A stretch of 63,131 nt of DNA, the filler included, from Octopus bimaculoides (lineage: Eukaryota): NCBI RefSeq assembly GCF_001194135.2. It is 5 parts of 5 records of this genome, joined end to end, with 100 filler letters (N's around TTAATTAATTAA, not from the genome) between each part and the next. Parts side by side here need not be neighbours in the genome. Positions count along the whole stretch, not along the records: positions 37,161 to 44,324 come from NC_068992.1; positions 44,425 to 60,721 come from NC_068986.1; 3 more parts are not named here. One strand, written 5' to 3'. Positions within the stretch are counted from its first letter, which is position 1. Each line of letters starts with the position of its first letter. Both the position numbers and the translations under genes were made by a program. Below, one piece after another: positions 37,871 through 52,042 of the stretch. The notes below the pieces were generated by a model. The model made no database searches. It saw only the letters and a program-made list of their open reading frames with translations, and was not told where the DNA came from.

Positions 37871-39705
37871 CCAAAAATCGTGTTGTATAGTGTTACATCG
37901 ATCAGAGTTGAGGTGGATTGATACTCAGTCGCAACAACAATAATAAGAACAATAAATGAGATGAATACAAAGTCGTGATACATTAGGCGTAGGAGTAGCA
38001 GTGTGGTATGTAGCTTGCTTACCAACCACATGGCTCTGGGTTCGTCCCACTGTGTGGCACCTTGGACAAATAAAAGGATAAAAAAAAGCCAGCAATTTCG
38101 GGGGAAAGGGAGGGTAAGTCGTTAATATTGACCCCAGTTTTTAACCGGTACGTATTTATCAAGTCTGAAAGGATGAAAGGTCAAGTCTGTCTCGGTGGAG
38201 TTCGAACTCGGAATGTAAAGACAGACGAAATGCCAACGAACCCGGTGTGCTAACGGTTCTGCCAGTTCATCACCTTAATTACAACAGTAACAAGAAGAAC
38301 AATTACGAGAAGGAAACAGCCTGAAGAAAAGGTTGGTGCGTTTACGTCCGCGTGTCTTTGCAGTTCGGTAAAAGAGACCGATAGAATAAGTACTAGGCTT
38401 ACAAAGAATAAGTCCTGGGGGCAATTTCTTCGACTAAAATCATTCCAGACGGTGCTCCAGCATGGCCGCAGTCAACTGACTGAGACAAGTAATAGAGTAA
38501 AAGATTAAACCAAGAATCTTTGAATTTTAAAATGTCTTTTCACAATTCTGTCTCAGACGGAAGGCTGGCAAAAGCATTAGCATCGCGAACAAAATGCTTT
38601 ATGGCTTGTCATCCGGCTCGTTACGTTCCGAGTTCAAACCTCGCAGATGTCGGCTTTGCCTAGCATCCTGCTGAAGTTAGCATTACCTTTCATTCGTTTG
38701 GGGTCGATAATTCAGAATACCAGTCAAGCAATGGGATCAATGTAATCGACTCGTCACCGCCCCTCAAGATTTCCCTTGAATTCTGTAAGCGTCCGGTGTC
38801 TCGTTCAGGGGAAATGTTGTAGACTTGGTTACTTATATGTTATTGAATCCCCTAAACGGCCCTTTGACTCCTAGGACTCCAGAACAAAATGTCTCTCTGA
38901 CAATTTCCATAATCTACAGTGAGTTAATGAAAGTGACTTCTATCTACTGTCTTGATTTGCTAACATAAGCAGCCAAAATGTTCTTCAAATCACACTATAA
39001 CAGCAGAAGACATTTAGTAGAGATTCTACCAGATTGGTTGGTCACTGCTGGAAAGACCTCGATTTTAATTTTTAATTTTATTTTTTTTTTAATGTGGTGA
39101 GTATTTCCTATTCGCTTCTGTCTAGAAATCAAAAGAAATGACTACTGTTCCCTTCAAATTTTGTTTCAATGTTTTGAAACTGACCTGTTTTCCATTACAT
39201 TTCAAACAGATCCAGAGCTGAGTTGCCGAAGCAGAAATATCGTTATAGCAAATATTCTGCTCAATACCATAGGTTTGCTTGACCGTAACCACTTGAGCAT
39301 GTCCCTTAGTGGCTGGCAATATGTGCATCTCTGATCATGAGCACTATATGATGCTCCCCCATATAGTGGGGGAGCATCATAGCCATGTGTTGAAAAGGAT
39401 TCTTTGGGGCTTAAATAAATATAATAAAACAAAGTTCTGAAGGAATAATTAGACATTTTCCATGCCTTCTAGATGTAAACAAATAGGAAATAGCGGTTGC
39501 TACCCAAGGCCAAAAATCGTGTTGCATAGTGTTACATTGATCAGAGTTGAGGTGGATTCATACTCAGTCACAACAACAATTATAAGAACAATAAATTAGA
39601 TTAATACAAAGCCGTGATACATTAGGCGCAAGAGTGGCTGTGTGGTATGTAGCTTGCTTACCAACCACATGGCTCTGGGTTCAGTCCCACGGCGTGGCAC
39701 CTTGG
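37869..39705 (+). repeat. Dispersed direct duplication of about 197 bp (37869-38065 and 39508-39705)
   Basis: About 115 bp of non-SINE flank plus the SINE A head, about 15 differences. Confidence 0.9.
39243..39420 (+). mobile_element. Family F fragment with internal inverted duplication
   Basis: Matches about 12510-12680, with a fold-back insertion at 39345-39362. Confidence 0.75.
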
Positions 39706-40325
39706 GTAAGTGTCTTCTACTAAAGCTTCGGCCCGACCGAAGTCTTGTGAGTGGATGTGGTAGACGGAAACTGAAAGAAACCCGTCGTATATATATATAT
39801 ATATATATATATATATNNNNNNNNNNNNNNNNNNNNNNNNNNNNNNNNNNNNNNNNNNNNNNNNNNNNNNNNNNNNNNNNNNNNNNNNNNNNNNNNNNNN
39901 NNNNNNNNNNNNNNNNNNNNNNNNNNNNNNNNNNNNNNNNNNNNNNNNNNNNNNNNNNNNNNNNNNNNNNNNNNNNNNNNNNNNNNNNNNNNNNNNNNNN
40001 NNNNNNNNNNNNNNNNNNNNNNNNNNNNNNNNNNNNNNNNNNNNNNNNNNNNNNNNNNNNNNNNNNNNNNNNNATATATATATATATATACATGTACGTG
40101 TGTGTATATGTGTGTCTGTGTTTGTCCTCCTACCATCGCTTGACAACCGATGTTGGTGTGTTTATGCCCCCGTAATTTAGTGGTTCGGCAAAAGAGACCG
40201 ATAAAATAAGCATAGGCTTACAAATTAAGTTCTGGGGTCGATTTCTTCGACTAAAAGGCGGTGCCCTCGCATGGCCTCAGTCAAAATGACTGAAACAAAT
40301 AAAAATAATAAAAGAATAAAAATAA
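39623..40325 (+). mobile_element. SINE family A, full length, gap inside its (TA)n
   Basis: Both halves flank the N run 39817-40073. Confidence 0.88.
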
Positions 40326-40632
40326 ACAGAGCATTCAAAGAGTAAGAATGAAAACATAGACCGGACAAGATCATAATGGGTTGAAGAAGAGCTGAAAGAC
40401 TCGCTCAAGTGGAGCTCCAGGCTATTAATTATAAAACTGTAATAATGATATTAAACATCCTACCGTACCCCTGTCCCACTGACTTAAGGTACCCTGTGTG
40501 AGCTAACAGTAGGTTTAAGGGTGCTGTGTGTGTGTGTGCGTATATACACATATGCAAAACTTACACACATACATTTACATACATATATACATATACATAC
40601 ATACATACATATATATATACATACATATATAT

Positions 40633-40679
<47 letters not shown>

Positions 40680-40766
40680 NNNNNNNNNNATATATATATA
40701 TATGGTAGGGTTTAATGTTATAGAATTATAAATGCGTTTGATCTGTGCCTACATAGGCCTCTGTGT

Positions 40767-40811
<45 letters not shown>

Positions 40812-40981
40812 TGTGTGATGTGAAAGAGGAGAGGGAAAGAGACAAGGGGAGAGACAAGAAGAGAGAGAGAGAGAGGGGGGGGAGAGATTTTGTGCTATGT
40901 GTATGCTTTTGCTTGTTTCCATTTATGCAGATAAAAGTATACCAAATTATCCAATTGGCCTGTATCTCTGTGTCTCTCTCT

Positions 40982-41015
<34 letters not shown>

Positions 41016-41350
41016 CTATCTATTTATATGCACACGCACATATATACATATATATGCTCCATATATAAATGCATAATGTATATATACACACATATTTATA
41101 TGTGCGCGTACATTCACACATATGTATATTCATACATACATGCAGACAGACAGACTGATAGACCGATAGCTATAGATGTAAATACACTCACACAAATATA
41201 AGCATACACACAGGGATTTTTACTGTCGTTCGATCTCTCATCTCTTCTTCCCAATGTTTAAAAGCATGTCCTCGACAGCGTCATTTCATCATTAATTATG
41301 CATTGACCAATAAACTAACGACTAAATAACAGTTATATATGAGTGTTTCT

Positions 41351-41391
<41 letters not shown>

Positions 41392-41797
41392 TGTCTGTCT
41401 GTCTGTCTGTCTGTGTGTCTGTCTGTGTATCATACTTTTGTCGTGGCGCCATTTTGTTTCTATTATATTCCTCTATTAGTTTAGAAAACTGCATTATTCT
41501 CATCTATTGTTCCTCAAGTAGATATGAAGCAACCAGTTTGCCTGATTGTCGTTTGTCACAGTTCGCCATTTGTGAATTTTTTTGATATTTTTTAATGCTT
41601 TTTTTTTTTCATTATTTTCTCTGCAGTCTTTTCTTAATTTCCTTTTCATCTTTTTCTCTGTGGTCTCCATTTTGTCTGTCTCCCATCCTGTATTTCTTTC
41701 TTTCTTTCTCTTTCTCTCACATTTATCTGCCTATATTTTTTTTGTTTCTTTTCCTCTATCTGACCTTCCCACTTCTTTTATCGCATGGGTTCCTCCC

Positions 41798-41895
<98 letters not shown>

Positions 41896-43132
41896 ATCTA
41901 TCTGTGTGTTTCTAAACTACGTTCTGTCTCTTCTTCTATGTCTCTGCACGTCCAATGCTCTGTCGGTCGACATGTCCATAAAAAAACTATACTAGCTGTG
42001 TTCAACCATAGCCTTATATCCCAGCCGGTGTATACCCTACATTTTAGCACAGTTAGCCAACTGTGAATATAGTAATCCTTTCCATAACATTGTTTCCTCC
42101 ATCCACTGGACATACGCAAACCAACTAGCGAAGCCGGGCAAAATGCTTAGCTGTATTTTGTCCGTCTTCACGTTCTAAGTTCAAATTCAGCCGAGGTTGC
42201 CTTTGCCTTTCATCCTTTCAGAGTTGATAAAATAAGTACCAGTTAAACACTGGGGTCCATATGATTACCCCTCCTCCGAAATTACTGGCCCTGCACCAAA
42301 ATTTGGGACCAACATCTCTTCCTTGTTAGAAACGTTAGCTTTTTATAGGATTATAAAGTCTGTGATGTAGGATTATAAAGTTCCATGTGCTGTTTATGGT
42401 CTCTGTTGGCAGTTTATATATAAAAAAAAATGTACTTAGTTTCTTTTCTCATATGTTCGGTTATTTTCTCCATGTCTCCCATACGTTTCAATAATTCATA
42501 AATTCGAAGCATCTTCCACATCATTTACATAGGAACAACCTTGTTTTACTGTCGCTCTGTCAAGTTTCTGGAAGCCGAGGTGGCGTTGCTCATCCTGCCA
42601 TCTCGTTTGTCGTTGACCCTACAATCACTCTAGGGTCCTTACAAACACTGTAGGATTAAACTGCCCTTCGGAGGTTAAATAGCTTGCCTCTAACAGCTTC
42701 TGTTCATCACTAATGAAAAGTTCACGTTATGTCAATGGATTGGGAAGGGATTGCCTGAAAAAAAAAAGAGCTTCAGTATTCTGGTTGTTAATGAGTTCAA
42801 ATACTTTATGTTTGAGGTCAACTTTCCTTTTCGTTCTTTGGGGATCGATAAAATAAAGAACCAGTCAAGTACGGGTACCGGTGGTATAGATTAGTGCCCA
42901 AAACCCAGCCAACAAATTTCAAAACCTTGTGCCAATAATACAAAGAATCATTATTAATGTTATGAGTTTTCTTTTTACAATTTCGCTTCCATTTCTTCCC
43001 GTCTCCTAGGGCAAAGAAACTGCATACACTGGGGACGATATAATCGACTTAACTTCTTCCCCAAAACTGCTGGCCTTTTGCCGAAATTTGAAACTATTAT
43101 TATAATTTTTGTTGTTGTTGTTGTTGTTGTTG

Positions 43133-43347
43133 TAGCGGTGAGCTGGCAGAAACGCTAGCACGCCTGGAAAAATTGCTTTCCAGTATTTTGTCCGTCTTTA
43201 CGTTCTGAGTTCGAATTCCACTGAGGTCGACTTTGCTTTTCATTCTTTCGGGGTCGATAAATTAAGTACCAGTTGAACACTTGGGTTGGGGTGATCGACC
43301 GTTTCCCTCCTCATCAAATTCCAGGCCTTGTGCCTATAGTAGAAAGG

Positions 43348-43410
<63 letters not shown>
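43133..43410 (+). mobile_element. SINE B with (ATT)n tail
   Basis: Full head, body, gtagaaagg(att)n tail. Confidence 0.88.
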
Positions 43411-43872
43411 NNNNNNNNNNNNNNNNNNNNNNNNNNNNNNNNNNNNNNNNNNNNNNNNNNNNNNNNNNNNNNNNNNNNNNNNNNNNNNNNNNNNNNNNNN
43501 NNNNNNNNNNNNNNNNNNNNNNNNNNNNNNNNNNNNNNNNNNNNNNNNNNNNNNNNNNNNNNNNNNNNNNNNNNNNNNNNNNNNNNNNNNNNNNNNNNNN
43601 NNNNNNNNNNNNNNNNNNNNNNNNNNNNNNNNNNNNNNNNNNNNNNNNNNNNNNNNNNNNNNNNNNNNNNNNNNNNNNNNNNNNNNNNNNNNNNNNNNNN
43701 NNNNNNNNNNNNNNNNNNNNNNNNNNNNNNNNNNNNNNNNNNNNNNNNNNNNNNNNNNNNNNNNNNNNNNNNNNNNNNNNNNNNNNNNNNNNNNCCAGTG
43801 AAACACTGGGGTCGATCTAATCGACTAGTCCACTCTCATAAAATTTCAGACCTTGTACCTACAGAAGAAAGG

Positions 43873-43905
<33 letters not shown>

Positions 43906-44266
43906 TGTGTGTTAGCAGAAGCGTCAGGATGTAGAATTTGTACCTTTTGAATTCGAGTCCAGTTGAGGTCGACATTGTTTCCATCCTGAAATGGAGTACC
44001 GCAACAGAAACGACAATACTACAAGTGAGTAATTATTGATAATATATAATATTAAATAGAGTTTCGTTACGATATACGTTCGAGTGTTACGCTCTTAGCA
44101 ATATTACCTATGGAATAATAATACATATGACAGTCGATGTTTTTTTTACATAAAGACATAATAATTATTGAATTTATGCTTGAAAATAGTAATAAGATTA
44201 TCAATAATGCGTGGAATTATATATAAAATGATTAGTTCACTATGTGACAATATTTGTGCTCGCACA

Positions 44267-44324
<58 letters not shown>

Positions 44325-44424
44325 NNNNNNNNNNNNNNNNNNNNNNNNNNNNNNNNNNNNNNNNNNNNTTAATTAATTAANNNNNNNNNNNNNNNNNNNN
44401 NNNNNNNNNNNNNNNNNNNNNNNN

Positions 44425-44476
<52 letters not shown>

Positions 44477-44698
44477 GTGTATGTGTGTATATATATACAT
44501 ACATATACATATGTGTGTGTGTGTGTGTCTGTGTGTTTGTGAGAAGTTGTAAAGTGAAAAACTATTTCGCATGATTTCTTTTTAATATGTCGGAGTAGAC
44601 ATTACGAAAGACAGAAATGTAGTTTTGAAAATTATACATTGCCTATATATGTGATCTGCAGACGATTTTTATTTCAATAAATATTCATTTAGAACCAG

Positions 44699-44734
<36 letters not shown>

Positions 44735-44829
44735 NNNNNNNNNNNNNNNNNNNNNNNNNNNNNNNNNNNNNNNNNNNNNNNNNNNNNNNNNNNNNNNNNN
44801 NNNNNNNNNNNNNNNNNNNNNNNNNNNNN

Positions 44830-44871
<42 letters not shown>

Positions 44872-45985
44872 TATTAATTGTATGTAAACACACTCACAGG
44901 TATTATTTATATTTGGCAGCTTGGTTTGATGTATCACCAAAAATGCGTATCCTAACATTATTGAAAAATTGAACGGTAATTTTTTAATGAACTCTAAGCT
45001 TAAGAAATCTATTGTTTAACTATTGGTGTAGCTGATTTCCATTAAATTTGGATTTCTTCGCAAACAATGATTTCAAATAACTTAAAAGATATTTCCTCAT
45101 TCATATCTCTCTCTACCAGATTTATCGTAATATAATTCAGGGGCGTCAGTTTAGGCCTCAGAGAGCATAATGATATATATAAATCTAATGATGAGATCTT
45201 ATATTCCTTTATACAAACCCTATTAATCTCCAACGATATTTAGGAAGATATTAGCATTATTAAAAGAATCTTTAACTTTACCTTCAGATACTGATATACT
45301 CTATAAATTTACTCTCTTCTACAGGTCTATGTTTTGTCGTAACCGTTCTGACGTAATTTTTGCGTCGCTGAATGGACGCTCACTTATTTAATCATTGTCC
45401 CAAAGCAAAAGGAATCAATCAAATCCTATGAAATACGGAAATCTGTTATTTCTTAAAATCGGTTCATCGAATTGAAAGGTCCCTGTTTTCTGGAAGGGTT
45501 TCCATTTATATATAATGTGATTATTCAGGGTTACTTAACAAAACTAGTGATTTATAAAATAGTTTTGTGTCTTTGTGATTTTCAACTATTCAAATTTGCT
45601 ACCAACAAAAGAAAACAAATATTCTTTTCTTATCTAGGCACAAGGCCCGAAAGTTTGGGGCAGTAGGGGGCAGTCAATTAGATCGACGCCAGTACGCAAC
45701 TGGTGCTTAATTTATCGAGCCCGAAGGATGAAAGGCAAAGTCGACCTCGGTGGAATTTGAATTCAGAACATAAAGACAAACGAAATACGGGTAAGCATTT
45801 CGCCCGGCTTGCTAACAATTCTGTCAGCTCGACCTCTTAAAGAAAATAAATATTAAAACGGCAACAATAATCTGATCTTCCACTAAAAATGAATTGGTAG
45901 CCTTACGTATGTGGGTATCTCACAATTGAAGCCTGTCAGTTGACAGTACCCTGTCCTGTGATTAAAAACATATGTAAGGTCTGCA

Positions 45986-46372
45986 GTTGTCGTTGTACTC
46001 CGCCGGTTACGACGGCGAGCGTTCCAGTTGATCCGATCAACGAAACAGCCTGCTCGTGAAATTAACGTGTACGTAATTGAGCTCTCCAGAGGCACCTGTA
46101 CCCTTAACGTAGTTCTCGGGGAGATTCAACGAGATACAGAGTGTGTCATGACTGGCCCTTTGGAATATAAGTACAACAGAAACAAGAAGAAAATGTAAGA
46201 GAAAGTTGTGATCAAAGAGTACAGCAGGGTTCGCCACCACCCCTTGCCTGAGCCTCATGGAGCTTTAGGTGTCTTTGCCCAATAAACACTCACAACGCCC
46301 GGTCTGGTAATAGAAAACGCGATCCTTCAACCACGAGACCGCTGCCTTAGCCACTGGGCCATTGCGCCTCCA
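45986..46372 (-). mobile_element. SINE family C (C1), full length, more diverged
   Basis: Same architecture as 36018-36410. Confidence 0.88.
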
Positions 46373-46477
46373 TTCTAAGAATATAACAGTAAGGACTCCC
46401 GATGCATATTCATACCTTTTCGATATTGTCGCTTCCGCTTTTGTTTTGTGTTAACCACCACCCTGAATATGTAGCTA

Positions 46478-46789
46478 TGGGCGCAGGAGTGGCTATGTGG
46501 TAACTAGTTTGCTTACGTGGCACCTTGGGAAAGTGTTTTCTACTCTAACCTAGGGCCGACCAAAGCCTTGTGAGTGGATTTGGTAGATGGAAACTGAAAG
46601 AAGCCTGTTGTTGACCATGATAGATCACTGACCACTACACACATTTTTTCTCCCCTTTTTTCTTTCCGTGTTCCTTTCTGTAGAAGAGCGTAGGATCGAA
46701 ACATTAAAGACTTTCTCAATTCCCGAGCGTTATACTAATACATTTTTGTGAATTCTCCCTATACACATATGTATGTATATGTGTGTCTG

Positions 46790-46837
<48 letters not shown>

Positions 46838-47040
46838 TGTTTTTGTCCCCCTACCATCGCTTGACAACCGATGCTGGTGTGTTGATGTCCCTGCAACCGC
46901 GCGGTTTGGCAAAAGTGTCCGATAGAATAAGTACTAGGCTTACAAAGAATAAGTCCTGGGGTAAATTTGTTCGACTAAAGGCGGTGCTCCAGCATAGCCG
47001 CAGTCAAATGACTGAAACAAATAAAAGAATAAAAGAATGG
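46478..47040 (+). mobile_element. SINE family A with nested insertion
   Basis: Head, CORE-like segment and 3' half present; interrupted at 46607-46750. Confidence 0.85.
46607..46750 (+). mobile_element. Penelope-like terminal fragment nested in a SINE-A copy
   Basis: gaagagcgtaggatcgaaac signature interrupts SINE A just after gaaagaagcc; a related minus copy lies near 21840-21955. Confidence 0.45.
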
Positions 47041-50000
47041 TTACAGCTATATGTTCTTGCGCACGCATATATGTGTGTGTGTGTGTGCGCGCGCGTGCAT
47101 GCGTACGTATGTGTGTGTGTGTGTGTCTGTGTGTGTCTTTGCTTGTTTGCCTGAGAAGATAGTGCAGTTCATTTCTATAGACTAACAAGCATATAAAATC
47201 ATATAAGTAACCATTGAAATGTCATTCGCAATATCGAAAATCTGATCGGACTTGTTTCGAATTTCTCCATCTATATGGCAAGTTTCTCCAAATATAAGGC
47301 TTCACAATTCGTAGCATCCTTTTGACACTGATATGGTGAACCTTTCGCTGATGTACTGAATGCTTCCCTTTAAAATCAGCAGTAGAGTTAAAATAAGCAT
47401 CTTATTCGAAATGTTTGGAGCAGGTTGTAGCTTCGCAATATGGCTGCTGATATCAGCCGCTGCAGTGTAAATGCAGCCAACACAAGATTATTGTAACAAT
47501 AATTTCGGTCTGCAGCTCATATCCCAGAATACGGCTTGGAAAAGGTGGGGAGGGTCGAAAGTTGAATTCAAAACCTTCGAATTCTTCTATTCTATTTACT
47601 ATTCGAAGTGAAAGTTATTAATGGTGTGTCAATGACCCAGTGTGATATAGCACGTTATTTCCATTATAATCATTCCATAATTTATTATGCTTTACTCTAG
47701 GACGGTAGGGAACAATAGAGCTCAAACAGTAAATTGTCTATTGGATTAGCACACGCAAAGCGAATCATTACTGATGCCTCAATAACCAAGTGGGTTTGGC
47801 AACAACACATCTGCAATAATTAGTCCATAAGGCATTGTGCATCGTATTTATGATGGACGATTATATTACTCAATATTCGAATGCATTAATTTTAAATATG
47901 AAATCTAAATAGAACATCCGTATGGTGAGGGAAATAATGATCAACTGAAAAAAAATGTTTCGGGTGCGTTCATGAGATCCAGCTATTAGTGGTTTCAGTG
48001 AGGAAAAGGATTCTATCACCTACAGCTTCCTACTTGAAGTTTTGTATAACATCAATCATCAAGATTCCATAAGGTGATACATGACCCCCCCCCAAAAAAA
48101 AACAAAAAAAAAAAACAAATCCCACAAGACCCAAACGCAGTAAAGATTAGAGATCAGATTCATCTGGAAATCTCAGTCTGCTGATTCCTGGTGACAGTGT
48201 GTAGATTGAAATCTTCCTCAGACAAATTAAATGACACAAAATAGCACAGCATAAAAACAGGAACGAAAATCAAAGCACTTATATCGACGCATATACTCTC
48301 TCTCTCTCCCTCTGTATATATTCATACATGCATACATACATACACACACACACATGCACATAAATTAGTGTACTTTTATACACAAAGATACAAAAAAAGC
48401 CTTAACAGGTTGCCTAACTTACTAGAAAGAACAGTCAAAAATTTCAAATCACAGTTAAGAGCAATTTCGAAGGGAATGAAAAAAAAAAAAAAAACATTTA
48501 CCATGATTTCGAATTTAATTAGCAAATAATATAATTTGCAAGGCGAAATTCCCATCAGCGGATACGCCAAAACATTGACATATAAATTAGAGACTAAATA
48601 ACACATGTCTCATCCTTATATATTATAAGTTTTCAAATCCACCGCGCAATACATACGAGGTGGGGGCTGAAAGGTTCCTTTACGTTGTGAGTTCAAATTC
48701 TGTCGAGGTCGACTTTGTCTTCCATACTTTCGGAGTCGATAAATTTAAGTACCAGTTGCATACTGGGGTCGATCTAATCGACTGGACCCCATTCCCCCAA
48801 AATTGTCAGCCTTGTGCCTAGATTAGAAAAGATTATTCTACTGGGAATGTTAATCGGAGGCAAAATAGACTATATAATGGGTTCGAACAAAGAACCACTC
48901 AGTTGTGAAGCGAAGCTCTTAACCACGTAGCCATTTCTGCGCCTGTCTGATGTGGTTTGTATTTTTCGAAATCTGAGAAGAAACTTCAATAGAGAAAAGC
49001 GTAAAAAAATTGACATGTAAAAACATACCCTGCGCCTGCTTCATCTGGTTTCCAGTTACGCAATTTGCATGTCAATTTTTTCTTTAGACTTAGCTACAGA
49101 ATTTAAATGGAGAAAACCTGATACAATTTCTTCGGAAAACTGTCCGTTTGAGCGAATATTGATTTACAAGATTCAGAATTTTTGCCAGTCGATTTTATTA
49201 TGATGTAGAAAGACTATATGCAGCATAATTGTTTTCTGAAAGTGTTGTCTTGATGTTAGATATGGTTTGCCTTTTTTTTTTTTATTCATTATTGGAATAT
49301 AAACTGAAAAATGACAAGGTACATAGTGGGAATTGTGGTATCCAATTGAATGTGTCTCTTTGCCAGAATGCATTGTGCGAGTTACCGAACGTGTTTTAAT
49401 GTGGACTGGTGACTGTGTAGAGTATGTGATATGGGGGTTGCTGGTTTTACGTTACAATATTTAGTTACAACCGTGTAGAACGTTAACTGTATTTCAGTTT
49501 TATACCATCGGAATTCAATTTCGTAAGAGTATAGAAAATGTATTGTTTGTGTGATTTAAGCTGCATAGTTTGATAGAGAAGCCGTAGAATACGTGCTGTG
49601 TGAGATCTCTTATGTTATTTAGATGTTGATTACAGAGGGGTTGTGTTGTATACGGAAAATAGTATGTGACTTCTGCTACTAAAATGAAAATGATTTGTAT
49701 AGGACTTTAGCTCTGTTCTAATGAGTTAGGTTTCCGAATTATGCGTTGAATTGAGAGCCATGAAACACTTACTTTCGATTTTGTTCATATACTTCGCTAT
49801 CTTATGCAAATCTTCAGTTACTGCCAATATGTTTTTGTTTTTATTATTAATTTCCTGTCCGAATCGGTTTGTAAGCTGGTCAAAATGATTAGCAGCATTT
49901 CGTAATTCTGAGTTTAGATTCCACCGTATTCGACTTTGCCTTTCATCCTTTCGTCTCGATAAAATAAATACCAGATGAGTATTAGGGTCGATGTAATCGA

Positions 50001-51864
50001 TTTACTCCTTCCCAAGAGCTTTCTGGTTGGGTGTCAAAATCTGAAGTCAATATTGGTTTCGATTTTTAAGGCGACGAGCTGGCAGATTCGTTAACGCGCC
50101 AGACAAACTGCGTATTGATGTTTCGTCCGTTTTAAAGTTCTGGGTTAAAATTCTGATGACTTACCTTTTCATGTTTTTGATTCGATACAATAAGTAGTAG
50201 TTGAGAACTGAGGTCGATCTGATCGAATTACTTACTTCCCCAAAAAGTTTGAAACCAATATCATCTTCGTTTTGATATAACATTTAATCAAGTTCTTTGC
50301 GTTTTGATAGTCTCTCGACCACTTTCCAGGTGATATTTTTTGTGAAAAAAACCGACATGTCTATCAACATATACCACTTTTCATCCTAGTTTTCGAAAAT
50401 CTTACCTCGGCATTTTCGTGTGTTTTCTTGTTTTTTTTTTCCTGTGGCTTAACTGACTTCGCTCACATGATTCTAACCAGCTTGATGTGCCAAGTATCAC
50501 TTTTAGCATATGCCTAAACCACAAGGTATATCTTCTCGACTTGAAGCGTTGGTATATTTCCCAGCAACATAAATACCAACTCGATAGAATTTGTGGATAT
50601 ATTCAGATTTGATAAGAACTAAACAAAAAGTCATGACGTCTCAATTCTCACCATATTCTGATTTCACACTTTACACGTGATAACGACTCTTCATTATTTC
50701 ATAATTTCTGTAACCATTCGGGCTGCGTGCGAACAGAATCGTTAAGGTGTCGGCCAAATTATTCGAAATTACTTCCGGATTTCAACGAACTCGTTTCAAA
50801 TTCCACGGAGGTGAATTCTGCCTTTCACCGTTTCGGAATTGATAAAATAAATCATAAGTCACGTATTAGGTTCTGCGGTATTGACGAAAATCCTCTCAGC
50901 AAATTTACTGCCCGTGCGCCTTAATTGCAAACCATTATTTCTGCAATTATGTGAGGCTCAGTGCTGGGCCTTGGCAGCTAAATGTACAATTTCTGTTTCT
51001 TCTTTTGACCCAGAGTTTCGACTCTTTCCATGTTAGACTTAGGTTTATCTCTATCCGCCAAGATTTATAGAATTTAGGTGTTATGGAGTGCTTTGCTCTT
51101 GATTCATTCATTATTATATCTTTTTTTTTGTTATCAAATACTATTTCTCTTTCGTCTGTTGAAATATTTACTGTTTCTCGTTATATGCCAATGTCATTAT
51201 TGGACGTATTTCGATAATAACATCATACAACATATCCGCAGTTACCTGTCGGATGCTGGTCTTATGCATGTGTATATGTATAGACGTTTGCCAAAAGCCG
51301 GAACATATTTTATATTTGAGTATGTGTGTACTTATGAAATATGCATCTGTGTTTCTATATATGTCAAATTTTAAATGCAAGAAGCTTAATATAAAACAGA
51401 AAATTTAACAGAAACGTATAATAAATATAAATTTAACGACCGATACCTCGTCTGTATAAAAAAACAACACATAAAAGAACAAACACTGTTGAAAACAATA
51501 CTTGTTTTCTTGTCACGTTTTTTTTCTTTCAAAAACAAATATTTATTGAACACTATAAAACAAATACTGACATTTGTTTTTTTATTGATGACATTGTTGA
51601 TTCTGCAAGCTTTTGATTTTATTTATTTATTTATCTTTTGTATTTTCATAAATCTATATTTAATTAGCTTGTTTATTTCATTATTTTTTTCATTCAATTA
51701 TTTTTTTATTTTCTTTTTGAATATCAGCTTTGCGTTTATGTTCATGTGTAAAGTACGTATTCTAGAAAAGTGAAACTGGAAACTAATATTCTAACCCCAA
51801 ACCATTAAAATAGTATTTGCACTTTTAGGAATGGTCGTATTAAATTTCTGAAAGCTTGCACAGA

Positions 51865-52042
51865 TACAAGGAGGTGATGAAAAGTTCCTGGCTTTAAGGG
51901 TATCACGAAAGTGCTATTTGGAAGCCAAACTTTTTGAATTCTTTTACAGGGTTAGAAAAACTGAAGGACCGCTGCAATGATTAGCTTATCCCCCTGCATT
52001 TTCTTTTACTGAAAGCCTGGAACTTTTCAGCATTATCTCGTA
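51865..52042. mobile_element. Mariner-derived MITE, copy 2 (shorter)
   Basis: Same ends and interior as 6834-7061 with an internal deletion; TA on both sides. Confidence 0.72.

Noticed and set aside
49330-49780. Old CR1/L2-like remnant on the minus strand
   Set aside because: Only weak motif resemblance (AKVLYKSF); too degraded to call with confidence.
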